From positions 1 to 64,000 of the forward strand of contig CAWBBV010000023.1 of the NCBI GenBank assembly GCA_963787125.1: a stretch of DNA of 64,000 nt, given 5' to 3'. Made by a program: the position numbers and the translations under genes. Each line of letters opens with the position of its first letter. Within the stretch, counting starts at the first letter, position 1. The stretch comes from an uncultured delta proteobacterium. GTDB taxonomy: Bacteria > Desulfobacterota > Desulfuromonadia > Geobacterales > DSM-12255. Under the pieces are notes generated by a model. That model saw nothing but the letters and a program-made list of their open reading frames with translations, was not told where the DNA came from and did no database searches. Positions 10,984 through 20,084 of this stretch are shown one piece after another.

Positions 10984-11844
10984 CTAATGGTTTCCTGCCG
11001 TTGACCAGGGAAAGTCACGCAGGTGAGCTGCCAATTCTTCTCTGTTATAGCGGTTGATTCGTCTGTTTGAAAGAATTGTAACCATTGCAAGCGGCAAGAT
11101 GACGGCAAATAAGCCACTTATAGCAATTGTCTGTGCTCCAATGTAGCTAGCAATTGTAAGGTTGAAAATGATAACTGATAAGTACAGTAGTGCTGCTAGA
11201 AGGGCACTCCCCGGAAACGAGCAGATTCCTGATGCCTGGGTAGATTTGCCGTAACCCGAAACTGCGATTCGCTGAAGTACAAATACCATGATAGCGCTTA
11301 CGATCCACCAGCCTAGGTAGTTTGAGAGCGGTACCCCGAAGTGTGCGCCTGTTTCTCTGTAGCCGTAAATCTTGCCCAGAAACCAGCGATCACCCTGAAG
11401 CGCCACCGGATCGATGATTATATCGAGATGAACCTGGAGAAGTGAGCCTAATAATAGGGTCGAAAATGAACGGCGGATGGCAAAGGTTTCAAGTAGATAT
11501 AGGCGCGCCCCGGTTTTTTTAAGTGGAGAAAGAATAAATAGTGCTGTTCCGAAACTGCAGTAGCAGAGAAAAACATAGGAGAGTGAGTCAAAAAAAGGAA
11601 CACCGGCGACCCAGAGTTCTTTGGCGCTGGAGCTGTCTATATAGTAATACCAGCCGTAAGGTAAGCCGGTGTTTATGGATGAGAACTCAGACAAAAAAGC
11701 AATCAGGTAGCCGAGAAGGGTGAAAAGGGAGGTTCTTTTCCACCCTAGATGAGGCACTGCTGCCAGAAGATATGCTGCAAAAAAAACAAATACATATGGC
11801 CGCATGCTGATTGTCCCTGCGGCCAGTTGCAGCAGTTCCTGCAT
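10984..11844 (-). CDS. CruF/DUF422 (carotenoid-biosynthesis-like) integral membrane protein
   Basis: Multi-TM; SEFSSINTGLPYGWYYY, GVP, DIIIDPVA, GVPLSNYLGW motifs resemble the DUF422 family. Confidence 0.65.
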   Translation of the reverse strand: MQELLQLAAGTISMRPYVFVFFAAYLLAAVPHLGWKRTSLFTLLGYLIAFLSEFSSINTGLPYGWYYYIDSSSAKELWVAGVPFFDSLSYVFLCYCSFGTALFILSPLKKTGARLYLLETFAIRRSFSTLLLGSLLQVHLDIIIDPVALQGDRWFLGKIYGYRETGAHFGVPLSNYLGWWIVSAIMVFVLQRIAVSGYGKSTQASGICSFPGSALLAALLYLSVIIFNLTIASYIGAQTIAISGLFAVILPLAMVTILSNRRINRYNREELAAHLRDFPWSTAGNH

Positions 11845-12914
11845 TAAAAGAGCTTTCCGACAATACTGCCGATGACTGAAATCGGGCCGGTGTCTCCGAT
11901 CCCTTCGGCAGCTTTTTCAACCTTTTTCATTGTGGCAGTTGTGTCACGGTAGAGCTTGTCTTCATTGATAAGCTTGCCAAGAGTCCCTTCGCCGGAGTTG
12001 ATTTTCCTGCTGATTTCATTCAGATTTTTGGAAGTCTCTTTAATATCGGTATATACGGAATCATCTTTGACAAACTTCCCTAATGTCCCTTCACCGCGAT
12101 TGATCTTTTCAGCAACTTCCCTGATCTCTTTGAAACCGGCGTTCATGTTGACGGCCCCGTCTTTGACGTCGCCAATAACGATCTTCATGTCATTATAAAG
12201 GCTTGGATCATTGATAAGCTTGCCGAGAGTCCCTTCGCCCTTGTCAAGCTTGGTCGAGAGAGAATTGATGCTTTCTCCGGCACTACTGAGTGTAGAATAG
12301 AGTTTATTGTCGTTGAGCAGGAGCGCCAGAGAACCTTCACCGTTGTCAATCTTAGCAGTAATATTTTTAAAGTTGGCGATGGAGTCTGCCAAGTTGGCGC
12401 GGTTATCGTCGAGAATAGTTGATATTTTCTTCATAACCTCATTCTGATTTTTGTTCAGGCTAGTAATAAGTGTCTTGGCATCTTTAACTGCGTCACTGAC
12501 AGTATCAACAATCACGTCGATATTGGCAGAATCCTTGCCCTTGACAATTTTCCCTGCTTCCAGGGCATCAGCTCCGGGAGAGCCGAAGGAGAGGCTGAGG
12601 AACTGGCCTCCGAGAAGGTTGGTAAGGCGAAGACTGGCAACTGTATCGGTTTTGATTTTTGTGCCAGGAGCGACTTCAAAAATAATTTCGACGTTCGAAT
12701 CCAGAACCGAAATGGAATTGATTTTGCCGACATTTACCCCGGCTAGCCTGACCGGATCCCCTACTTTAAGCCCGGTGACAGTGGACAGATACGTTTTATA
12801 GGGCGTTCTCTTGTCAAACGGGTGCCATTTTTCACCAATTTCCAGCATGGCACCAAGTAACAGCAGTGATAAAACGAAAAAGAGCCCGACCTTACGCTCA
12901 GTTGAGTGCGCCAT
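11844..12914 (-). CDS. mlaD: MCE/MlaD family protein with long helical repeat tail
   Basis: N-terminal TM, GLKVGDPVRLAGVNVGKI, LLGGQFLSL; four KxxxGEG(S/T)L repeats. Confidence 0.85.
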   Translation of the reverse strand: MAHSTERKVGLFFVLSLLLLGAMLEIGEKWHPFDKRTPYKTYLSTVTGLKVGDPVRLAGVNVGKINSISVLDSNVEIIFEVAPGTKIKTDTVASLRLTNLLGGQFLSLSFGSPGADALEAGKIVKGKDSANIDVIVDTVSDAVKDAKTLITSLNKNQNEVMKKISTILDDNRANLADSIANFKNITAKIDNGEGSLALLLNDNKLYSTLSSAGESINSLSTKLDKGEGTLGKLINDPSLYNDMKIVIGDVKDGAVNMNAGFKEIREVAEKINRGEGTLGKFVKDDSVYTDIKETSKNLNEISRKINSGEGTLGKLINEDKLYRDTTATMKKVEKAAEGIGDTGPISVIGSIVGKLF

Positions 12915-12929
12915 AAATTTAACCTCTTA

Positions 12930-13706
12930 TTACATCAGAATCCTTGTCAGGATGTAGTCTGCGACCAAAATCATCATAAATGAGAGAACTACTGATCGTG
13001 TTGTTGACCGGGCAATCCCTCGCGGACCGCCGCTGGTAATAAAACCAACGTAACAACAGACAAGGGCGATTATACCGCCGAAAGTGAATGCTTTTATCAG
13101 CCCGATGCCGATCTCTTTTAGTTTGAGAGCATCTTGGATGCTGTCGTAATAAACCCAGTATGAAACGAAAATTTGTGGATGGAAGTTGCTGATTAACGCC
13201 CCACCGGCTATGCCAACAAGGTCTGCATAGACGACAAGAGCTGGCAGGCAGATCAGGCAGGCAATCATGCGTGGCATTGCAAGGTATCTGACCGGGTGAA
13301 TGTCAAGGGTTTTGAGAGCGTCTATCTCTTCATAGACTTTCATGACGCCGATCTCGGCTGCCATTGCCGAGCCGGCGCGTCCGGCAACCAGAAAGCTGGT
13401 CATGACCGGGCCAAGCTCCCTTACCATGGAGTGTCCCACAATTGCGCCAATTATATTCTGTCCGCCGTATTTGTTAAGTTCAACCCCTGTTTGCAACGCC
13501 AGAACCATGCCGACGAAAAAAGCCATAACTGAGGCAACCGGTAACGTTTCGTAACCGATAATCATCATCTGGGTTGCAATACTGTTAAGATTGCGCGGTG
13601 CTTCTTTGAAGAAAAAAAGTGTCTGGCTGAGAAGAATTATCATCTCTCCAACAGTTGCCAGAAAGGCAAGAATTTTATCTCCGATGAAGTCTATCAGTTT
13701 TTTCAA
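12930..13706 (-). CDS. mlaE: MlaE family ABC permease
   Basis: RELGPVMT..VAGRAGSAMAAEIGVMKVYEEIDAL, TTRSVV. Confidence 0.92.
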   Translation of the reverse strand: MKKLIDFIGDKILAFLATVGEMIILLSQTLFFFKEAPRNLNSIATQMMIIGYETLPVASVMAFFVGMVLALQTGVELNKYGGQNIIGAIVGHSMVRELGPVMTSFLVAGRAGSAMAAEIGVMKVYEEIDALKTLDIHPVRYLAMPRMIACLICLPALVVYADLVGIAGGALISNFHPQIFVSYWVYYDSIQDALKLKEIGIGLIKAFTFGGIIALVCCYVGFITSGGPRGIARSTTRSVVLSFMMILVADYILTRILM

Positions 13707-15193
13707 TTATTACTCTCACATCTGGCTGAGCTGTTTTGCCAGTCAATGGTAAAAGGAGTCCATAATATTGACAAGCTGCTATGGTTACAACGCTTTTGAT
13801 AGTTTAGCAGCCCTTTGAGAATCTGCACTTCACTAAATACTGCTGTAGACCGGTGTCTGAGGAGGGGGAACAGTTCAAAACCAAAGGAATCCTTATTTTT
13901 GTCGTGCCAATACAGGTTCCAGAAGATGGAAAGCGCCGAATCTCCCTGATCATTCCATTTCTGAACATATATTCTCCACAACGGTGCCCATGACTTCTCT
14001 ATACCCTCCTGTTCCAAAACCGGTTCGACCGGCGCTGGCAGGGTAAGAATCTTTTCACCGCTGGTATCGCTACGGTAAAGGAAAAGTGGCCAAAGGGCGA
14101 TTCGCTGCCGTTCTTTATCGTCTTGTGCCCAGCTCTCAACTCTGTTGGAATAAAGAAAGAAGAGAATAGTGTCACGTACCTGACGATAATGAGGTGATTG
14201 CATCGTGTCATTTTTGAATATAGGCCAGAGATACCAATTCTTGGTCGAGTCCTCAGTCGATTCATCCGAATAAAATGGCAGAAATCTGACAACATTACGC
14301 TTATCGCCCGTGACCGTCAACCAGAATGGCCACAGGTAGTCCCGTTCTTCCTCATGATTCTTTGTATCTGAAGAGTAGCCAAAAAAAGGCCAGAGCCAAG
14401 TCCTCGAAGTAACAGTTGGTGAGTCGAACGATGCATAGAGTGGAAAGAAGATGAACCTTTGTGACGGCTCAGCAGTGTCAAGACCGCGCTCTTCTTTCAA
14501 AAATATCGGCCAGAGTGTAAATGAACTCTTGTAAACCCCTTCTTTAGAAGCTTGTCCGTAGAGAGGCCAGAACTCAAAGCCGGTCTCATCGACTCCCTTA
14601 ATTATGGAAAAAAACGGCCAGAGGAAATGATAATTTGTCGTTCCTTTGTTTACTGTTCGGCCATAGACAGGGAAGAGTGTGTAGTGGTATTCATCCCGCC
14701 AGAATCGCTCATAAATGTCGCCATATATCGGGAATATGGATGTATAAGAGCCGTATTTCTTTGATTCACCACTAATGTACAAAGGGAATAGCATTGACTG
14801 CTGCTCCTTCTCCACAGGTTCCGCTTTTCGGAACGTATTCTGTTGGAAGAGTTGGAGCAGCTCCATACGGGTAACGTCAGGAGTAATCTCTGCTGAAGCG
14901 AGCGGATAAAGGTAGGTAGTGGCAGTTCTGGTAAAGTGGCTATCTTCTTCAGTATAAAAAAGTGGTCTGAATGCGGTGATCTGATCATCCGGGGTACGTT
15001 CAAAAGTTAGAATCGGCCCAAGAATCGAGAGCTTTGATGTTTTTCGCGCATGGTTCTCCCGGTAATCAAATAAAGGCCAGATCGTTACCATGGAATCAAC
15101 CTCTACCGAAGGAGTTTCTGTGGCAGCAAGAACAATTGCAGGAATAATCAACTCAACAGTGAGCATTAATAATAAAAGAAGTCGTAGTTTCAA
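13703..15193 (-). CDS. Exported protein made of ~20 aromatic-Pro hairpin-like repeats
   Basis: TTG start, signal peptide, recurring (L/F)WP(F/L/I)(F/Y) motif about every 17-25 aa; overlaps mlaE start. Confidence 0.75.
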   Translation of the reverse strand: MKLRLLLLLMLTVELIIPAIVLAATETPSVEVDSMVTIWPLFDYRENHARKTSKLSILGPILTFERTPDDQITAFRPLFYTEEDSHFTRTATTYLYPLASAEITPDVTRMELLQLFQQNTFRKAEPVEKEQQSMLFPLYISGESKKYGSYTSIFPIYGDIYERFWRDEYHYTLFPVYGRTVNKGTTNYHFLWPFFSIIKGVDETGFEFWPLYGQASKEGVYKSSFTLWPIFLKEERGLDTAEPSQRFIFFPLYASFDSPTVTSRTWLWPFFGYSSDTKNHEEERDYLWPFWLTVTGDKRNVVRFLPFYSDESTEDSTKNWYLWPIFKNDTMQSPHYRQVRDTILFFLYSNRVESWAQDDKERQRIALWPLFLYRSDTSGEKILTLPAPVEPVLEQEGIEKSWAPLWRIYVQKWNDQGDSALSIFWNLYWHDKNKDSFGFELFPLLRHRSTAVFSEVQILKGLLNYQKRCNHSSLSILWTPFTIDWQNSSARCESNN

Positions 15194-15223
15194 ATATTTA
15201 TCCGAAATTAAGATATTTGCAGC

Positions 15224-15251
15224 AGTATATTCAAATATGGAAATGAGTCAA
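15224..15251 (-). promoter_or_regulatory. Sigma70 promoter of MCE operon
   Basis: Minus strand TTGACT, 16 nt, TATACT. Confidence 0.5.
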
Positions 15252-15283
15252 AGATAAAAAACTAAAGAGGGTGGCGTGGCTGT

Positions 15284-17275
15284 TTATTTCTCTGTAAGTT
15301 TAACTACTTTGTCGGGATCACACTCAATAAGAGTCGGAGGGTTTCCATTGTCCATTTTTGACACGGAATAAATTGCGACTGGGTTCTCTTTGCCCTTGAC
15401 GATAACCCGCTCTATACCGACTATCGACAAACCGTTGAGAGACGGTTCTGAAAAAGCAGTTTTCAATCGGTCAACTGTATATTCTGTCATAAGTATCGAA
15501 GTGTCATAGCGGCGAGTGAGCCCTTCAACCCTTGCGCCCAGGTTTACATTGTCACCAATGACAGTATAGTCCATCTTCTGGCCTTCAGCCCCGATATTGC
15601 CAACAATTGCCTCACCGGTATTGATACCGATACCTGAAGTAAGCGGTTCCCTGCCATCTGCTTCCCAGATTGACTTCAGCTCTTCTAATCGCTGTTGCAT
15701 TTCAAGGGCGCAGAGGACGGCACGCTGGGCATGGTCTTCCTGTTTCATCGGCGCCCCCCAGAAAACAACAATTGCATCACCGATAAACTTATCCAAAATC
15801 CCTTCCCATTTGAGGATGATGCGGGTCATCTCGCCGAGATACTCATTCAGTATCGCAACAACCTCTTCAGGCGTATGGTTTTCAGAGTAGGTGGTAAAGC
15901 CCTTTACATCCGAAAAGAGAATTGTAACGACTCTTTTTTCTCCTCCTAGTCTTGCCATCTCAGGGTTTTTTATCATTTCACTGACTAGCCTTTCAGTAAC
16001 ATAACTTGAGAACATGGCCCTGATCTGGCGGGACTGTTTCTCTTCAGAAAAGAGCTTGGTTATTGTACCGGTAGTCACAATCACGACCATGTTCGCTGTC
16101 GGGGCGATGAAGTAAAGCCAAATATCCTCATGGATCAGAAGGTAGAACGTTAAGAAAAAATAGGCGCCGATCAGGCCAAAACCAAGGAGCACCCCCGGTA
16201 TAGCTTTCAAGCGCGGGAGGAATATGATGAGAATGGCAGCGGTCAAGATTATTACTGCAAGCTCGGCAAAGCCGGGGCTTTTCACAATGAAGTCATTGTT
16301 CAGGATATTATGGACCACATTGGCGTTCTTTTCAACTCCTGGAAAGTTTGCAGAAAAAGGGGTGACTTTCTGATCAAAAGTTGCCAGGGCAGACGTTCCC
16401 AGAAGAATAATCCTGTTTTTGACTATGCCCGGTGGCACTCTCCCTTTAAGAAGGTCACATGCCGAGATATGCTGAAAGCTCTTCTCCTTGCCTCGATAGT
16501 TTATAATGACCCTGCCTGAGATATCTGTCTTTATGAAAATATCTCCGAGCTGTATACCGGAACCACCGTAAAGAATCATGTTTTTCGGCGCAATTCCATT
16601 TGCAATCCGTGCTACCTGAAGAGGCAGGGAAGGGTAACAGTCATCGCCATAATTCACATACATTATATCCCAGCGAAGAATCCCATCCATATCAGGGACA
16701 TTTGCCACGTGTCCAAGCGTCGCAGCTTTTGCAACAGGTTCTATCGGGACATTTACCTTCATCGGTTGCACAGCCCAGCTTTTCCAGTCTATCCCTTTGA
16801 CAGACTTAACCTCCATAAATGCGGCATCCCAGAGATAATCAGGTGGAGGCGCTACGGCGGCTTTACCTGAGGTGTTTTCCTCAGTGATAAATGCTGTCGC
16901 CTGAACTACGTTACCGGCCTTTTTGATGGCAGCTGCCAACATCTTATCCGTTTCCGTGCTTTCCGGCTCTGAGTACATGATGTCGATGCCGATAGCTTTA
17001 GGCTTGCCCGAGGCAATTTTTTCCACGAGTTCTGCCTGCACGGCTCTCGACCAGGGCCAGCGACCGATTTCAGCGATGCTTTTCTCATCAATCACAACTA
17101 TGGCGATGTTTTCTGTGGAGGGCTGCTTTTCCAGCAGGTTTCTTAAATTGAGGCGAAGATCAAAAGTTTTGCTCTCAATCTGGTCTCGCACAAATACCGG
17201 ATCGTAGAACTGCAGCAGTACGAATGCGAGCATTGAGAGCAGAGAGATAAGATAGAAGGGCAGGTGCTTCCTCAT
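15284..17275 (-). CDS. CHASE2-domain class III adenylate/guanylate cyclase
   Basis: CHASE2 motifs IDEKS..GRWPWSR and DMDGILRW, three TMs, LFSDVKGFT, DKFIGDA, MDYTVIGDNVNLGARVEG (Lys/Asp pattern favours adenylate cyclase). Confidence 0.92.
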   Translation of the reverse strand: MRKHLPFYLISLLSMLAFVLLQFYDPVFVRDQIESKTFDLRLNLRNLLEKQPSTENIAIVVIDEKSIAEIGRWPWSRAVQAELVEKIASGKPKAIGIDIMYSEPESTETDKMLAAAIKKAGNVVQATAFITEENTSGKAAVAPPPDYLWDAAFMEVKSVKGIDWKSWAVQPMKVNVPIEPVAKAATLGHVANVPDMDGILRWDIMYVNYGDDCYPSLPLQVARIANGIAPKNMILYGGSGIQLGDIFIKTDISGRVIINYRGKEKSFQHISACDLLKGRVPPGIVKNRIILLGTSALATFDQKVTPFSANFPGVEKNANVVHNILNNDFIVKSPGFAELAVIILTAAILIIFLPRLKAIPGVLLGFGLIGAYFFLTFYLLIHEDIWLYFIAPTANMVVIVTTGTITKLFSEEKQSRQIRAMFSSYVTERLVSEMIKNPEMARLGGEKRVVTILFSDVKGFTTYSENHTPEEVVAILNEYLGEMTRIILKWEGILDKFIGDAIVVFWGAPMKQEDHAQRAVLCALEMQQRLEELKSIWEADGREPLTSGIGINTGEAIVGNIGAEGQKMDYTVIGDNVNLGARVEGLTRRYDTSILMTEYTVDRLKTAFSEPSLNGLSIVGIERVIVKGKENPVAIYSVSKMDNGNPPTLIECDPDKVVKLTEK

Positions 17276-18135
17276 TGCCCTGGTATGCCGATGGTGATAT
17301 TAACTTTTTTGGGCTGAACAATCGGCGGCTGCTGCTGTATTGGCGGTATAGTAGGTGGCTGTGGCGGTATCTGGGTTGTTGGCGGAGGTGGACTGCTGCT
17401 TGAACTTCCCGAGCTTCCTGATGCCGAGCTGTCACCGCTGCTAGAAGGTGAGCTGCTGCTAGAGGATGAGTTGCTGCTAGACGATCCGTCTGAACCGCTG
17501 CCGCTGCTTTGAGTCGCCTTTCTCGCCCGGTCTAGCTCAGCCTGAGGAGCCGGGGCGGGTGGCGGAGGCGGTTCATTCGCCTTTACAACTACCATGGTTC
17601 CCGGAGTCAGGGTTACCTGACCGGTGACTGTGCTGACAACGTTTCTGATCTGGACATTGCCTTCGAGACAGATGATTTTTGAATAGCTCTGATTGTTTCT
17701 CATGCCGACATCAAAATAGATGACAGTGCCTCGTGCTGCAGCTACAGCCGTCGGTGTGTGAACTTCAAATTTGGTTTTGCCTACAACTGACCTCATCTTG
17801 CCATCAAGGAGGTTAAAAACCGATTTCCCCTGTTGTCCTTTTGAGTAGATAAACTCTTTCACCACCAGCCTGGAATTGTCAGACATGGTCAAAACGCTGT
17901 CATCAATAAAGAGGAGTTTGGCTCTGCTGGCGTTGCCGGTAGTGATAACATCACTAGCGAGAATGCCATCTTTCAGTTTGGCAGGTAACTGGGATTTGCC
18001 CCGTTCGATAGTTGCACTGCCACGCAGTTGCACAAAACGCCCTGCCTGCAGTTCATCGGCGTAAACCGTTGCAGTCGAAGCCAATGCAGTCAGGACGAAG
18101 ATTATAGCTACGTTCATTTTTGTTCCTGTTATCAT
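17272..18135 (-). CDS. FecR-domain periplasmic protein with Ser/Pro-rich tail
   Basis: Signal peptide, DVITTGNASRAKLLFIDDS, FEVHTPTAVAAARGT, LEGNV; start could be 18117, 18135 or 18171. Confidence 0.82.
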   Translation of the reverse strand: MITGTKMNVAIIFVLTALASTATVYADELQAGRFVQLRGSATIERGKSQLPAKLKDGILASDVITTGNASRAKLLFIDDSVLTMSDNSRLVVKEFIYSKGQQGKSVFNLLDGKMRSVVGKTKFEVHTPTAVAAARGTVIYFDVGMRNNQSYSKIICLEGNVQIRNVVSTVTGQVTLTPGTMVVVKANEPPPPPAPAPQAELDRARKATQSSGSGSDGSSSSNSSSSSSSPSSSGDSSASGSSGSSSSSPPPPTTQIPPQPPTIPPIQQQPPIVQPKKVNITIGIPGQ

Positions 18136-18176
18136 ATCTGTACCCCGTTTATCGGTAATAGTGTGTGGCAAGACTG

Positions 18177-19484
18177 TCAGAACTTGGCATTTAGCAACAG
18201 GCTCGTAATTGATCTGTCATATTCAAAATCAGGGATATTGCAGTTGTTACTGCTCCATACCTCACTCAGAGAGACACTATACCTCTCTGATAAATTCTTC
18301 ATCAGCGACACAGAAAAAGTGTATTGGGTGTCATGGCGCGTGGCGGCGTAAGCCGGGTCAACTCCCCGGTAATCCTTCAGATATAGCTCTCCGGAGAGGT
18401 CACCGATAAGACCGAAGGGGAGTAGTGAACGGATACCGACAAGGAAGCGGTTGCCGTAGTAATCCCATTCCTGTTTTTTGGTCCGCTCGCCATCAAAGGT
18501 GTAAAGAGCCCAGGCAGCAGCAGTATCGGATAGTGGCAGAATGTGAGTTGCGCCAATAAGGTTGTTATTGCCGTTTCTGTCGGAGTTTGTCGTGAATTGG
18601 TCAGAGTCTTTGTAGGTCGTGTTTCTGAAGCGGTAATCAATCGTGGTTGTTCCTATGTCACTCTTTATAAGCAGTGATGGGGCAAGGTTGTGGGCAGTGT
18701 CGTATTGATTGTTATTCAAGAGGAGGTATTCAAAGGAGTAAACACCTTTAACTGTCAGGTTACTGTTCACTGCATATGAACCGGAGAGATCAAGCAAATT
18801 CTGCATAATGTCAAAATCACTCAGCGAAGCGTGGATATTCTGGTAGAAACTGTAGCCGAAGCCTATTTCAGCCTGTTCGGTTTTTAACGGCGAGTAATTT
18901 GCTTTCAGATTTACAATGGCGCTCCAGTCACTTTTCCCCGAATAGCCTTGGGGTATCGGCATTCCTGTGCCATTAACTATAACATTCGAGTCATACTGTC
19001 CGCCCGCAAAGATACTGAGTTCCCAACTTTTCTCTTTTTTACTTTCATTGATCTTTTGAAGGTACTCGGCAGATTTTGCTGCCATCTCGGTGCCTGGAAC
19101 CAGCTCTACCACTTGCTCAAAATAGTCGGCAGCCTCGGCATGAACATCTTTCTCAAAATAGTGGGTTCCGAGTTCGAAATTGATACCCGGATTCTCAGGA
19201 AACTCCATCAGTGAGCGTTTCAGATACGATTCTGCCTCTTTGTTCGGTGCTGTTCGGTTGAGTGCCATGCCAAGGTAATAGTTGGCTTCAGCGTCATCAG
19301 GGTATTGGCCGATAACTTTTCTGAGAACTGCAGCCCCTTCCTTGTAATACCCTTTTTTTACCAGGGATATTCCCGCGGCAAGTTCGGTATCATTCTCCCC
19401 TGCTAGGCTGGTGGCAGGGGGTAAGAGAAGAGTGGCAGCAACAAGGGCGATAGCCAGAATGTGTTTGGTGATGGATATTTTCAT
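18177..19484 (-). CDS. TPR plus outer-membrane beta-barrel protein (Slam/DUF560-like)
   Basis: Signal peptide, TPR repeats (AEANYYLGMAL, INFELGTHYF), barrel start WELSIFAGGQYDSNV, alternating aromatic strands, terminal Phe (LLNAKF). Confidence 0.72.
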   Translation of the reverse strand: MKISITKHILAIALVAATLLLPPATSLAGENDTELAAGISLVKKGYYKEGAAVLRKVIGQYPDDAEANYYLGMALNRTAPNKEAESYLKRSLMEFPENPGINFELGTHYFEKDVHAEAADYFEQVVELVPGTEMAAKSAEYLQKINESKKEKSWELSIFAGGQYDSNVIVNGTGMPIPQGYSGKSDWSAIVNLKANYSPLKTEQAEIGFGYSFYQNIHASLSDFDIMQNLLDLSGSYAVNSNLTVKGVYSFEYLLLNNNQYDTAHNLAPSLLIKSDIGTTTIDYRFRNTTYKDSDQFTTNSDRNGNNNLIGATHILPLSDTAAAWALYTFDGERTKKQEWDYYGNRFLVGIRSLLPFGLIGDLSGELYLKDYRGVDPAYAATRHDTQYTFSVSLMKNLSERYSVSLSEVWSSNNCNIPDFEYDRSITSLLLNAKF

Positions 19485-20056
19485 ATAGATGTAACCTTAA
19501 AGACTGGATTTGTTACTGGTTTTGCCGAGTAATTTGTGAAGACAGGATTACCACCAGCAATGACTATTTTGACTGGAGTGACTTCAAATTTTAGCAGTGA
19601 AAAATCACTTTCTTTCGGAAATGTCCCGGCGGTAATGTCAAGTTGTATCAATAGTGAGTCTGAAGGGGTGAACCCGTCAGCGCTCATAGCTACTATTCTT
19701 AAAGATCCATTTGCTGCAGGTGATGCCGGTGTATAATCAAGAGTGGTGAATAGTTCGGGCCGGTCGACAGAAACATTATTGTTAATATACTGTAAAATAT
19801 TCTTGATTTGATCATGCGTACTTGGGCTATCGTAGGTTTTTCCAGGTGGAAGCGCCGCTGTAATGCCATTAGGAAAAGATATCGTTAAGTCAATTGTCTC
19901 GACGAAAAGGCCGTTTTGTACAAGCCCTACTGTCTTTAAGGATGCTTTTGCTTTAGACTTGGGTGGTGATTGACTAACTGAACCACAACTTGTAAGTGTT
20001 AAGCTAAGCATAACTAATAAAGTAATTTCCATAAAAAGTCGGATCATATTTTTCAT
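19481..20056 (-). CDS. Lipoprotein with cohesin-like beta-sandwich
   Basis: Lipobox LTS-C; pattern IDLTISFPNGI ... YTPA ... GSLRIV ... GF ... LDITAG..P...DFS resembles cohesin-like domains; fold unverified. Confidence 0.6.
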   Translation of the reverse strand: MKNMIRLFMEITLLVMLSLTLTSCGSVSQSPPKSKAKASLKTVGLVQNGLFVETIDLTISFPNGITAALPPGKTYDSPSTHDQIKNILQYINNNVSVDRPELFTTLDYTPASPAANGSLRIVAMSADGFTPSDSLLIQLDITAGTFPKESDFSLLKFEVTPVKIVIAGGNPVFTNYSAKPVTNPVFKVTSI

Positions 20057-20084
20057 AAAAAGCTCCTGTTGTTTCTAGCAGTTT

